A DNA stretch of 61,409 bases, the filler included, from Bacteriovoracaceae bacterium (GTDB lineage: Bacteria; Bdellovibrionota; Bacteriovoracia; Bacteriovoracales; Bacteriovoracaceae), in assembly GCA_018649885.1 (NCBI GenBank). It is 6 parts of 6 records of this genome, joined end to end, with 100 filler letters (N's around TTAATTAATTAA, not from the genome) between each part and the next. Parts side by side here need not be neighbours in the genome. Positions count along the whole stretch, not along the records: positions 1 to 25,409 come from JABIHA010000132.1; 5 more parts are not named here. One strand, written 5' to 3'. The notes beneath the pieces were generated by a model that was not told where the DNA came from, made no database searches, and worked only from the letters and a program-made list of their open reading frames with translations. The position numbers and the translations under genes are program-made. Below are positions 9,812 through 20,398 of the stretch, piece by piece. Numbering within the stretch: position 1 is the stretch's first letter; every line of letters starts with the position of its first letter.

Positions 9812-12800
9812 TTGATGATGGCTAGGGGTCTACTTATAATATTTGTTTTGACTGTACTGGCGAGTTGTCAGTTCGGTGGAAGCGAAAGCACACTCGGTGA
9901 TATTTTTGGTACTGACCAAAATGCCGAAGACGTTGCCGTTGAATCAACTCCAACTGCAGTCAATTTTTTAGTCACGAATACAAGTCTTGGAGCTGATTTA
10001 GAAAGCGTAGATACCACAACTAAAATAACTCTTTATTTTTCAGATAGCTTAGATGAAAGCAGTTTGACCCATAGCTCTTTAAGCCTTGTTGGCGATAGCT
10101 TTCAACAAATTATTCCGGTTACAACAACGCTTACAAATTCATCAAAAAATCTTGTCATTGAGCCGGCCATACCACTGGAAAAATCGACTGATTATACTCT
10201 GACTCTAAATGCGGGAGTTATGTCTCTTGCAGGAGCTGAGCTTGCAAGCGCCTTTACAGTAGAATTCACTACAAAAAGTTTTGGGGCCTCAAGCTATCAT
10301 CTGTCTACACTGCAAAATGATCAGACCATAAGGGGTCTTTGTAGTGATGGGCTCGAGTCTTTTAATGCCACATTCAATACCACTGATTCGATCCTAGAAA
10401 ATAATTGTAGTGAGGGGTATTTTGAACTTACCCCTGAAACTTTGAATGCTGGCGCTAACATTCTTACACTTACAGCTATTAAGGGCGGAAAGACTTCTCA
10501 GGCAGAATATAAAATCAATTATTGCTCAGAGCTTGAGGCCATCACCCCATCCACAAGCTTTGATGGCGGGATGGGAACATATGATAGTCCTTACCAAATT
10601 TCTTCTGCTGAGCAATTGGCAGGAATTGGATCGAGTGCAACCTTTCTATCAAAAAGTTATATTTTAAATAACGATATTGATTTAACTTGCAAAGATTTTT
10701 CTCCAATAGGATCTATATCAGGGCCATTCAAAGGAAATTTATTCGGCAACAATAAAGTCATTCGTGGCATGATCAATAGTGATGTTGGTGGTGATTATAG
10801 AGGTCTATTTGCCTATATTTACCCTTCTTCGGGAGGTTATAGTGGATTTATTCAAAACTTGGGTCTTATTGGAAGTATGGTAGAAGGCAATACTTACGTA
10901 GGCGCCCTCGCCGGAAAAATATATGGGGGCGTAAGTCTCGAGGGAGTTTACGCCACAGGCAAGGTCACAGGCTTTGGTGGCTCTGGTCACTCCAAAATTG
11001 GCGGGTTAATTGGTCACTGCTATAGTTCTAGTACTTTTAATCGCCTCATAAGCTATGTAGACGTAGAGGGTTACCAAACTGTAGGAGGCCTTGTTGGCCA
11101 TTTACAAAGCTCAACAATGAGGTTTTCTTATTCGTTAGGCAATGTCACTTCTAGCTATCTCTACACCGGAGGGTTTGCAGGTTATACATCTTCGGCCACT
11201 CTTCAACATATATATTCTTCATCCCCTGTTATCTCTGATGGTAGGCATATCGGTGGTTTGATTGGAATAATGGCCTACGGGAAAATCAAAAATTCAATAA
11301 GTACAGGTAACGTGATATCGAATAATTTATCTTCTTCCACACAAGGTGGAGGCCTAGTGGGAAGATTATACGGGGCCTCAGCGGTGATCCAAAATAGTTA
11401 CAGCTCAGGAACGGTAAAAGGGTACAAGTACCTTGGAGGACTCGTTGGATATGTTAGGCACTCTAATACAGTAATTGACAGTAGCTCGTCTAGTGATGTT
11501 CAAGGAACACAATATGTAGGTGGTCTTTTTGGTGGATTTTACAGTGATGCATCGGAGGCAACAGTAGAGAGATTGTCCTTTTTGGGAATGGCATCGGGAG
11601 ATAGAGATACTCACGCTATTGTCGGCTACAACAAGTCAACTCCATCAATAGAAGATACGTTTTATCTCGATGATGCATGTGACACAGATGATAACTGCAC
11701 GGCCGTTTACGGTACAAGTAAATCAGAGGCCCAATTAAAACTGCAAGAGACATATACAGGTTGGAATTTTAACGGTGGTGGGAGCTGGAAATTTTACGAT
11801 GATGGAGAATTTCCGCATATGAGTCGATTAAAGTGTTTATTTGGAAGTGAAACCGTTGTGCCTGATACCGACTACTCTGGATCTGGCACTAGTGAGTCAC
11901 CCTATTTGATTGATAGTGTTGAAAAATTAGCTGGCATAAGTCTAAACCTTACTGCTCATTATAAGCTTACTTCCGACATTGATAACTCTAACAGATGTAT
12001 ACGTTGGAGCGGACTTGGAAGTGAATCTTCACCTTTTTCAGGCACATTTGATGGTGGAGACTTTGAGATATCTTCATTACTGTTAGATGAAAAAGGTTCA
12101 GATTTAGGATTTTTTAAAGTGGTACACTCAGCTACAATCAAAAATCTAAAACTTAAAAACTTTATTGAGCAACAACATAGTGGATACTATTATGTAGGCT
12201 CCCTTGCTGGCAGAATCTACAATACTGATGTGAGTAATGTTCACAATAGCGGTCCTGTTAGTTCAAAATCATCATATACGGGCGGACTTGTTGGTAGAGT
12301 TCTCGATTACAGTGAAATATCTAATTCTAGCTCAAATAGTGATGTCAGTATTAGTAGTTGGGGTTCTCAAATTGCAGGACTTATTGGGAGATTAGAATAC
12401 AGTGAAATCAATGACTCATATTCTGCGGGAACACTCACCGCCAAAGGCTCACTCGCCGGAGGTTTAGTAGGCTTTACAGTCGATGCAGAGATCCATAACA
12501 GTTACTCCACAATGGATATTGATCACAACAATGACCAAAGAGGATATATTGGAGGCCTTGTTGGCGCCATCTATCACGGAACAGAGGTCAGTAACTCATA
12601 TGCCACAGGACTCGTAGAGACTAATGGATCATCAAGTGTTGGCGGTCTTATAGGAAATCATGGCTACAGAAATACAGCTCGTGACTCTGAAATAAATAAT
12701 TGCTACGCCACTGGGTCTGTAAATGGTAGTACAAATGTAGGTGGGCTTGTGGGGTTGATTGTCTCTGCTGATGATGAAATAAATAATTCATACTCTACCG

Positions 12801-13069
12801 GAATTGTTTCAGGAAATCCCGAGTCTAATGTTGGAGGCCTAGTTGGGTCCAATACTGAAGAGGCCTCAGTTGACTCAAGTTACTACTTGGACACTAGCTG
12901 CCTGACTGAAAACAACTGCAACCCTATTGCCATTGAAGCCCCTGAAGATCTGGGAGAGGCCAAGTCAGACAGTGAGCTTAAGGCAGAATCGACTTTTATA
13001 GACTGGGACTTTTCCAGTGATTGGCTTATTGAAGAATCAGTTAGTTACCCAACTCTCAAAACAGATTAA
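9812..13069 (+). CDS. Large surface lipoprotein: Ig-like (Big_5/SbsA-type) domain plus two GLUG-repeat beta-helical modules
   Basis: Lipobox LASC; ITLYFSDSLD..LEKSTDYTLTL; many GGLVG/GGLIG repeats; two GxGT..SPYxIxS module starts. Confidence 0.88.
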   Translation: MMMARGLLIIFVLTVLASCQFGGSESTLGDIFGTDQNAEDVAVESTPTAVNFLVTNTSLGADLESVDTTTKITLYFSDSLDESSLTHSSLSLVGDSFQQIIPVTTTLTNSSKNLVIEPAIPLEKSTDYTLTLNAGVMSLAGAELASAFTVEFTTKSFGASSYHLSTLQNDQTIRGLCSDGLESFNATFNTTDSILENNCSEGYFELTPETLNAGANILTLTAIKGGKTSQAEYKINYCSELEAITPSTSFDGGMGTYDSPYQISSAEQLAGIGSSATFLSKSYILNNDIDLTCKDFSPIGSISGPFKGNLFGNNKVIRGMINSDVGGDYRGLFAYIYPSSGGYSGFIQNLGLIGSMVEGNTYVGALAGKIYGGVSLEGVYATGKVTGFGGSGHSKIGGLIGHCYSSSTFNRLISYVDVEGYQTVGGLVGHLQSSTMRFSYSLGNVTSSYLYTGGFAGYTSSATLQHIYSSSPVISDGRHIGGLIGIMAYGKIKNSISTGNVISNNLSSSTQGGGLVGRLYGASAVIQNSYSSGTVKGYKYLGGLVGYVRHSNTVIDSSSSSDVQGTQYVGGLFGGFYSDASEATVERLSFLGMASGDRDTHAIVGYNKSTPSIEDTFYLDDACDTDDNCTAVYGTSKSEAQLKLQETYTGWNFNGGGSWKFYDDGEFPHMSRLKCLFGSETVVPDTDYSGSGTSESPYLIDSVEKLAGISLNLTAHYKLTSDIDNSNRCIRWSGLGSESSPFSGTFDGGDFEISSLLLDEKGSDLGFFKVVHSATIKNLKLKNFIEQQHSGYYYVGSLAGRIYNTDVSNVHNSGPVSSKSSYTGGLVGRVLDYSEISNSSSNSDVSISSWGSQIAGLIGRLEYSEINDSYSAGTLTAKGSLAGGLVGFTVDAEIHNSYSTMDIDHNNDQRGYIGGLVGAIYHGTEVSNSYATGLVETNGSSSVGGLIGNHGYRNTARDSEINNCYATGSVNGSTNVGGLVGLIVSADDEINNSYSTGIVSGNPESNVGGLVGSNTEEASVDSSYYLDTSCLTENNCNPIAIEAPEDLGEAKSDSELKAESTFIDWDFSSDWLIEESVSYPTLKTD

Positions 13070-13248
13070 ATTTAACTACCTTAAGTTGCCTCGAAATAGT
13101 CTCATGTTAGGAAATCTATTTAATTCACAAGTCTGTTTTATTGAATGCTTGCAGCTCCAAAAAAAATCTATTGTTGTTATTTTGGAGGCCTTCTTTATGA
13201 GTGTTAAAATACTTATATATTAATGGGTTAAACCAGGAATAACTAAAC

Positions 13249-15513
13249 TTGAAAATGCGTTGGAAATTTCAATTTCCGCTGATGATGATGATCTTTATTA
13301 TCACTCAGGCGTGCATGCCTACTCTCAAAAATGACGATGAAAAAATTAAGTGTGCCTTGTCCCTTGGCGGAAGCTGTGGGGGGAGCGCCGCTGCAGCAGT
13401 TCCAACCGCTGATGCTGCTGCCACTGCCACGGCGATGGCCTTAGATTCATGGGAATACCTTCACGGATATAGGCTGCCCAATAACTCAACTGGCTACCCT
13501 TCACATCTTGCTCTCGGCGACGTTGATAATAACGGTGATCTAGAAATGATGTACTCAATTAGGAATTTGACCAAAATTCATAGAAGAGATCCCAATGGAA
13601 AAGGACATTATAGCCCAAGTTATAATGGCTACGATGTTGGTTCAGGTGGTTCATCTATCATCATGATTGATGTGGATAACAATGGAAATCTTGATACGGT
13701 AACATCTAATGCTGATTCAGATACTATTTCAGTAAATATTGGTGCAGGGGATGATACTTTTGGTGCACCAGTTAATTACGGCACTGGTCAAAAACCGGCA
13801 TGGGTGAGATCAGCACTTCTAGATGGTGATGCCTTTTTAGATTTAGTCACCGCCAACGAAACAGTTGGTTCTATCTCAGTCTTTATTAACAATGGCAATG
13901 GTACATTTGCCGCTAAGGTCGATTATATTATGGGTGGAGGTAGTGTAAGCCTAGAGTTAGTGGATCTAAATGCAGATGGAGATATTGATGTTGTAACAGC
14001 CGATAGTACTGACAACAGCGTAAGTGTTAGATTTGGAAATGGGGCGGGTGCATTTGGGGGTCTGACAAGCTACCCCATGGGTACCTCACCAGTTCAAGTA
14101 GTGGCCAAAGACATAGATTCAGACGGCCTTGTAGATATCATCAACTCAAACCAGGTGAGTAACGATGTCACTGTCAGATATGGGACTGGAGGTGGAGCTT
14201 TTGGAGCCGTAGAAAGTATTACTGTTGGCAACAAGCCTATGGGGATGAGTGTTGTTGACTTGGATCAAGATGGCAAAATGGATTTTTTAGTGGCCTTGGA
14301 GATGGAAAGCGCTTTTGTCATTTATTTTGGGACAGGTGCAAGAGTATTTAGCTTTCCCGTTAAGAGAGAAACGGCCGTCCTCCCACAATTTATTTTGTTA
14401 AGTGATGTGGATGGTGACGCTGACCACGATGTGATGCTGACCCACAAAAATAGCTTCTATATTGATTTTCATTACAACAATGGAAGCGGAACTTTTAGCC
14501 AGGCCCCTACCGTCGGTGTGGGGACCTCTCCTTGGTCAGTAGCATCATCAGACCTTGACCAAGATGGTGATCTTGAATTATTAGTTGCCAATCAAGGAAG
14601 TGATAATGTTTCAGTAGTTCCTATGACAGCAAAAAATATGTTTGGTAACAAGACTGATTATGCCATGAACCTAGGTCCCAAAGATATTTGTGCTGCCAAT
14701 TTTAATGCTGGTGGAGACCCTGATATGGCCGTGGCCGCTGCAACTTCTAACGATATTAGATTAAGGGCAGGTGCTGGTGCCATGACTTTCGGAGCTGATG
14801 TGGCCTATGCCATGAATACGGATCCCAATTCTATTTTTTGTGATTATATTGATGGTGACGCCAATATGGACGTAGTAACAGCAGACAATACCTCAAATGG
14901 CATCACAGTAAGGCTAGGCGATGGACTGGGAGGTTTTGCAGCGCCAGTTTTATACGCCATGGGAGTTGATCCCACAGACGTTGTCATGGTGGATCTCGAC
15001 GGAGATGGCAATAAAGACGCAGTCACTACAAATCGAAGTGCAGACACCGTTTCCATTAGAAAGGGTGTTGGAGATGGAACCTTTTTAGCGCAGACAACAA
15101 TCGCTACTAATTCTCAGCCTGGCGGTGTTGAGTTTGGAGACTTTAATGGCGATGGAAAGGTAGATCTAGTAATTGCAAATTGTGGGGCGAGCAATATCTC
15201 TTTATTTCCAGGAAATGGAGATCTCACTTTCGGCACAAAAACTGATTTTGTTGCAGGAGATTGTCCAATTGGTCCTAAGATGGGTGACCTAAATGGAGAT
15301 GGAGTCATTGATATTGTAGTATCTGATTACAATGATGGTTCGCTTTCGATTTTCCTCTCAGATGGTAAAGGCACTTTTAGGCCGAGAAAGAAACTGCAGG
15401 TGGGAACAAAGCCAATGAATTTGAGTATTGGAGATTTTGATGGCAACGGAAAGCCTGATATTGCGGTTCCCAATCATGATGATGATGATGTTTCGGTTTT
15501 TTATGGAAGGTAG
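13249..15513 (+). CDS. FG-GAP/VCBS-repeat lipoprotein, probable beta-propeller adhesin
   Basis: About a dozen DxDxDGxxD Ca-binding repeats; lipobox-like TQAC. Confidence 0.9.
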   Translation: MKMRWKFQFPLMMMIFIITQACMPTLKNDDEKIKCALSLGGSCGGSAAAAVPTADAAATATAMALDSWEYLHGYRLPNNSTGYPSHLALGDVDNNGDLEMMYSIRNLTKIHRRDPNGKGHYSPSYNGYDVGSGGSSIIMIDVDNNGNLDTVTSNADSDTISVNIGAGDDTFGAPVNYGTGQKPAWVRSALLDGDAFLDLVTANETVGSISVFINNGNGTFAAKVDYIMGGGSVSLELVDLNADGDIDVVTADSTDNSVSVRFGNGAGAFGGLTSYPMGTSPVQVVAKDIDSDGLVDIINSNQVSNDVTVRYGTGGGAFGAVESITVGNKPMGMSVVDLDQDGKMDFLVALEMESAFVIYFGTGARVFSFPVKRETAVLPQFILLSDVDGDADHDVMLTHKNSFYIDFHYNNGSGTFSQAPTVGVGTSPWSVASSDLDQDGDLELLVANQGSDNVSVVPMTAKNMFGNKTDYAMNLGPKDICAANFNAGGDPDMAVAAATSNDIRLRAGAGAMTFGADVAYAMNTDPNSIFCDYIDGDANMDVVTADNTSNGITVRLGDGLGGFAAPVLYAMGVDPTDVVMVDLDGDGNKDAVTTNRSADTVSIRKGVGDGTFLAQTTIATNSQPGGVEFGDFNGDGKVDLVIANCGASNISLFPGNGDLTFGTKTDFVAGDCPIGPKMGDLNGDGVIDIVVSDYNDGSLSIFLSDGKGTFRPRKKLQVGTKPMNLSIGDFDGNGKPDIAVPNHDDDDVSVFYGR

Positions 15514-15524
15514 ATTGGCATTAA

Positions 15525-18500
15525 CTAGTCGGCCATCCTAACCAAATAATCCACGTCTGTTTGCTGTAAGGCCCAAATAGGCTTACCTGCTCTTTGTTCA
15601 ATAGCTGTTGCGCTTTCTATAAACTCACGGCGTCTTTGTAGAAATTCGGCCAGCTCTGTTTCTCCTAGATGACCTCCCAATTTTCTTTTTAAAGAGTCCT
15701 CTGATGCGCTTGTAAATTTTTGATAAACTTCCGCGGAAGGAATCATACTTATAAAATCTTGCATCCCTTTTTTGGTAGAAATATTTGGCATGGGCCTTGC
15801 TCTTCCGGCCATAAAGGAGCGAGCATTGTCAATCGCCACAATGGTTCCATCGGGTCTGTACATATAATTTCGGATATGACGATCACGATTGCCGATGATT
15901 TGATCAAAAAATCGGAGGTTGGGGTCAACACTTCGTTTCACTAAGTCGGCCTCTTTAACAGGAAGGCCTTCAGTGTTTCCGGCCCGTATATAGTCTCGCC
16001 ACTGTTTTGCAGTTCTTCCGTCTTCAACCCAAGTCTGCAATGAGTATGCACCCGCCCCTTCTTTTTTTAATACTGTGGGAGGCACTAACTCAAGCCCTAC
16101 TATTTCGCTAAATTCATAGGCCGCCACTTCTCTTTGGGCCTCCCTGCTACCTAAGTCAGTTTTTTTAATGGCCTGAGTTCCATCGCTCATCACCACTCTA
16201 TCTGTGCGAGAAACACCTGTGTTTAGTGGGCTTGCATCAGCGATTGTCCCCCTACTCAGTGCCCGTTCGGCCCTCCTGCCAGTTGATAATTGAACAGGAG
16301 CTGGTATTGAAGTAATAGGAATGTCGACCACATCATTTGAAGCGCGATCCCTTACAAGCACTACTGCAGCGCCAGAGTCGCTAGAGGAAGTATGATCACC
16401 ACCACTAGCTTCATCTACTTCACGCCTAGTTATCCCTTCAGCCCCATCATTTACATCTGTTACTGTTACGGCGTCAGCCTCATCTCCCCCTCTTAAAGTC
16501 ACTGCATCGGATTCATCTAGTTCTGTTGTAGCTGGTTCCTGGGCCGTCTCTATTTCTTCTGGATCTCTCCAGGTTTCATCTACGTCTGAGCTTCGCGGGG
16601 AGTCCCCTGAACTAGCTGCTGCACTTCTAGCACTTACCCGTGAATCAGCTGCTCTTTTAGCGGCGGCCAGTGTCGGTCTAGTAGCACCTTCCAACGTTTG
16701 CTCTGCCATCTCTCCTTCGTGGCGAACAAGAGCGCGAAAGTCTGATTTTGACAATTCAATGTGCCCTGAATCTCCAGGCAATGGTCTTTTTCTCAAGATT
16801 TCTCTTAATGATTTAAGTCCACGATGTCTGGCCTCCGGAGATACTCCCGTCAATGTATCGGCAACTGCCAAGGCCTCTTCTGATATGATCATCTGTTCCT
16901 CAGCAATAGATATTTTTTTCCTAATACCTGCTAAGGCCATCTCAGGCGAATGGGGAGCACCTGCAGGTAAAAGCTCTCTATATTGAATACTACTCCCATC
17001 GGGAAGTTTGAAATTGACTACATATGAGGGAAGTCCAGTTTGTGGGTCTATTTTATATCTAAACTTGGCCCCTTCCTCGATTGCCTTGAGAACAAGTTTT
17101 CCATTGTAGGCAACACTTGATGCAACTGATCTCTGGACATCTAGTTTTACCTTTATATCATTGGACCTACCAACAATAGATGGTGAGCCAGCAGTCAAAT
17201 CCCCCCTTTTGATATCGCCTAATAGGTCTGTAATCATTAAGCGGGTCTGGAAGGTATGAGTTCGCACTTCATCCACTGAGACATAACTGTCGTAACCGTT
17301 ACTCCCTATTAACTTGCCCTCACCTGATACCTTAAATTTCCCACCCCAGGGAGTATCTTTTCCTTGTCTCAATTCAAAAATTGATTGTGCATGGATGATT
17401 TCGTGAAGTTCTGTTGGCCCTGCTTTATCGATTTTTTTCATAAAACCGTGAGAAACTGCTATATAGTTGTCATTGTAAAAAAAGCCTTTGGCCCCTATTT
17501 TCTCGTTAACTTCTGGAAGGTAAATTAAGTCTAGGTCGTATTTTTCCTTGAGCCTTAAGGCCAATCTACCGGCAGGTGATCCTCGAATTGGGGTTATCAC
17601 AACACCTACTGACTCATGTCCTCTATGATTTTCGATAACCACTTGGTGATCAACTCCTTTGGCCCGAAGATAATCACTGGTTGCATCTATTACCGAAAGA
17701 TTTGAGTCTCGCACGGTGACGAGTTGCTCAGGACCTGTGTTTCCCCTGCGAACCTGTCTACTTGCTAGAAATAATTCGCTTTGAGCATCGGCCAAACTAG
17801 AGCTTGAACGAAGATCTGGGTCATACGATCCAGGCCTTGCACTAACACTCGTTAGAACTACTCTTTCTCCGCGAGAAGTCGTTTGGCCGCTGGACTGATA
17901 TTGATCGTATTGTGTTGTGGCGGATCTTGTTTCTGGATAACTCCCGCCAGCTACTTGGCTCCGTACTGGAACATTCGTGACTACTGATCCCCCTGGGTCT
18001 GATAGAGGTGCAGCCGAATTCAAATCCAAATCATCACCGCCAGTAATAAGAGAACGACTTCCCGATGAAGCATCAGATGAACTAGGCGCCGTTTTCCATG
18101 GAGAGTGTCCATTTAGCTGGGTAAACCTTTCTACTTCTTCAACAATGAGTTTCCGTCTTTTTATGATTCCTTCAATTTGATCATCTGATAAGTGCTCACC
18201 TAAAAGAGAGCGCAATCTTTGTTCTTCAAGACCCACTATTTTATCGTAAAATGCTTTGTCGGGAATCAACTCATCCAGAGATGGAACATCCCTTTTGCGA
18301 GCAGCTTTTCCAAAAGCACCTCCGTGATCAATAGCGACGAGAGTGCCATCTGGATTTATTAAAAAGTTTTTTAAATTTCTATCAGAGTTTCCAATTAGAA
18401 AGTCAAAAAACCTAAGGTTAGGGTTGGCACTGCCACGTACTAGGCCTAAGCTTGCTGGGTCTACACCACTTACAATTGCATGCTCGTAGCGAGTTTTTGC

Positions 18501-20363
18501 CATATCGGCATCTTCTACCCAACGTTGTAAACTATAGGGCATACCGTCTTCAACTTTCATGATTGTTGCAGGAACCATTTCAAGACCAAGCTCGCGGTCA
18601 AGAATATATGCGGCGACCTCTTCTTGCGGATCATTCCATTTTCGAATGGCCCTGGTTCCATCATCAAAAGTTGCGATTTCAGGCATAGTCGTGCCTGTTG
18701 TTTCATCTACAACACTTACTATTCTACGATCAAGTGCAGTTTCATCTAATAAGCGAGCATCAGCTTCTACTTCTGTTCTGATGACAGTTTCAGGAACGCT
18801 GCTTTCAGTTACGCGAGTGTCAACATCTCTTCTAGCTGGTATGCTGGAGTCAGCTACTTGGGCCCCATCTTCAACTCTTCTTGCTCCAGTTGTCAGTGTT
18901 ACATCAGTGGCAACTTCAGCACTTCCTGTTTCTGGATGTCCACCACCTCCGTCTCTGCCACTTGACCTTGAGCTGCCTCTACTTTCCAAAGCTTTTGCGT
19001 AGGCGCTTTCGAAATCGGCGTGAGTTCTAAGTGGGGCAGCGCTTGAGTCTGGCGCCGGAGTTCCATGGATCGATTCTTTGAGTGCCCGGATCATTTTTTG
19101 TTTTTTTACTGGGTCAGTTTCCGCCTTGATTAATTCTAGTTTTTCGAGCCCGAACTCTGAGACTGCTTTTTGTTGCTTAGCATATGCTAGCTTCCAACTA
19201 AGGCCTTCCATCACTTCTGCAGGGCCATGACTCTTACTAAGCATTGGCTCTTTAATTCTTACCACAGTACCATCGGGCATTGTGACATCGATCACTGCAT
19301 ACCTAATACCTGTTTTTTTGCTATCAAGGTAACTAAAGCCACCATTGGTTCTTACTGTTTCGATTGCTCTAGCGATCAGCTCTTCTGAAGTGCCTGACAT
19401 ATTTTTTTGCTGACCCATGACCTGTTCAAGAAATTCCAAATCTCCATCAAAGTCGAATCGACCCCGAGTGTATTTGCCTTTTCTGGCCCGGCTGCTCATT
19501 TGAGATAGCTGAACATCGAGGTTAAATCCATAACTTCGCATTTCATCGAAAGATAAATATTGAGAATAGGCCCCTCCACCTAGACCACCTCCGGAGCGAA
19601 CCTGAGCGCTGCCGTACCAAGGTGCTGGCACACCGTCAGTTAACTCAGAAAAGGTTTTAGCATGAAGAGATTCATGTCCTTCGATATGGGCAGTATGCCT
19701 TAGAGCATCCATAGCGTCGTCAGAAAGGATAATGCTTTCGCCCGCAATGTGACCTCCTCCGGCTCCGCTTTCGGCCAAATGTCCAGGGCGGTAGACAGAG
19801 TCAATGCCATATCTTCTCTCATTTTTTTTGGCAAACTTTCCAAGAGGTGTTGAGTTGTCTGGGATAATTCGTATACCTAATTGTCCATCTGCCGGGGTCC
19901 CAATAAAAAAGATCTCATGGGCGACACCATTTTGTTCAAGATGAATACTTGTTTCATCTATTAAACTTAGCTCTGCGGCCCTTGTGGCAACTGGGTCACT
20001 ACCATCTGCAGCCGTTGAAAGTCGTTCTCTAGAACTTGTAAGCTGTTCTCCGCTTATAGTTCGTCCACTTCTTGGGGCCGTCTCTCCTGGGATAACTCTC
20101 ATAAAAACGGGAGTATCAATTCCAGAGCTTTGGACGTCAGCTAAGACATCTCCGACGGTATCGCCATGATGAACTTCAGCAAGACCGTCATCACCTCTTC
20201 TTCTTGTTCGTCTGGGGCTTCTATCAACAACTTGCTCTGGCCGGGCCACTGTCTCTACTTCAACTTTCCCTTCAGGGACAACTTCAGCAGAGACTTCAAC
20301 TTGTCTTCTTCCCTGAACTGCATAGGAGGCGAGAAAATCATCAGGGTCGGAAATATTCACCAT
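15525..20363 (-). CDS. C-terminal part of a giant protein with two HExxH peptidase-like and two PI3/PI4-kinase-like domains
   Basis: HESLHA and HEIIHA; EVAAY...VPxT...SLQxWVE...FDxxIGNxDRxxxN...AIDH/N present twice. Confidence 0.85.
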   Translation of the reverse strand: MVNISDPDDFLASYAVQGRRQVEVSAEVVPEGKVEVETVARPEQVVDRSPRRTRRRGDDGLAEVHHGDTVGDVLADVQSSGIDTPVFMRVIPGETAPRSGRTISGEQLTSSRERLSTAADGSDPVATRAAELSLIDETSIHLEQNGVAHEIFFIGTPADGQLGIRIIPDNSTPLGKFAKKNERRYGIDSVYRPGHLAESGAGGGHIAGESIILSDDAMDALRHTAHIEGHESLHAKTFSELTDGVPAPWYGSAQVRSGGGLGGGAYSQYLSFDEMRSYGFNLDVQLSQMSSRARKGKYTRGRFDFDGDLEFLEQVMGQQKNMSGTSEELIARAIETVRTNGGFSYLDSKKTGIRYAVIDVTMPDGTVVRIKEPMLSKSHGPAEVMEGLSWKLAYAKQQKAVSEFGLEKLELIKAETDPVKKQKMIRALKESIHGTPAPDSSAAPLRTHADFESAYAKALESRGSSRSSGRDGGGGHPETGSAEVATDVTLTTGARRVEDGAQVADSSIPARRDVDTRVTESSVPETVIRTEVEADARLLDETALDRRIVSVVDETTGTTMPEIATFDDGTRAIRKWNDPQEEVAAYILDRELGLEMVPATIMKVEDGMPYSLQRWVEDADMAKTRYEHAIVSGVDPASLGLVRGSANPNLRFFDFLIGNSDRNLKNFLINPDGTLVAIDHGGAFGKAARKRDVPSLDELIPDKAFYDKIVGLEEQRLRSLLGEHLSDDQIEGIIKRRKLIVEEVERFTQLNGHSPWKTAPSSSDASSGSRSLITGGDDLDLNSAAPLSDPGGSVVTNVPVRSQVAGGSYPETRSATTQYDQYQSSGQTTSRGERVVLTSVSARPGSYDPDLRSSSSLADAQSELFLASRQVRRGNTGPEQLVTVRDSNLSVIDATSDYLRAKGVDHQVVIENHRGHESVGVVITPIRGSPAGRLALRLKEKYDLDLIYLPEVNEKIGAKGFFYNDNYIAVSHGFMKKIDKAGPTELHEIIHAQSIFELRQGKDTPWGGKFKVSGEGKLIGSNGYDSYVSVDEVRTHTFQTRLMITDLLGDIKRGDLTAGSPSIVGRSNDIKVKLDVQRSVASSVAYNGKLVLKAIEEGAKFRYKIDPQTGLPSYVVNFKLPDGSSIQYRELLPAGAPHSPEMALAGIRKKISIAEEQMIISEEALAVADTLTGVSPEARHRGLKSLREILRKRPLPGDSGHIELSKSDFRALVRHEGEMAEQTLEGATRPTLAAAKRAADSRVSARSAAASSGDSPRSSDVDETWRDPEEIETAQEPATTELDESDAVTLRGGDEADAVTVTDVNDGAEGITRREVDEASGGDHTSSSDSGAAVVLVRDRASNDVVDIPITSIPAPVQLSTGRRAERALSRGTIADASPLNTGVSRTDRVVMSDGTQAIKKTDLGSREAQREVAAYEFSEIVGLELVPPTVLKKEGAGAYSLQTWVEDGRTAKQWRDYIRAGNTEGLPVKEADLVKRSVDPNLRFFDQIIGNRDRHIRNYMYRPDGTIVAIDNARSFMAGRARPMPNISTKKGMQDFISMIPSAEVYQKFTSASEDSLKRKLGGHLGETELAEFLQRRREFIESATAIEQRAGKPIWALQQTDVDYLVRMAD

Positions 20364-20398
20364 GCGTTCTATGTAAGGTGTAATATTGTCAGCATTGC

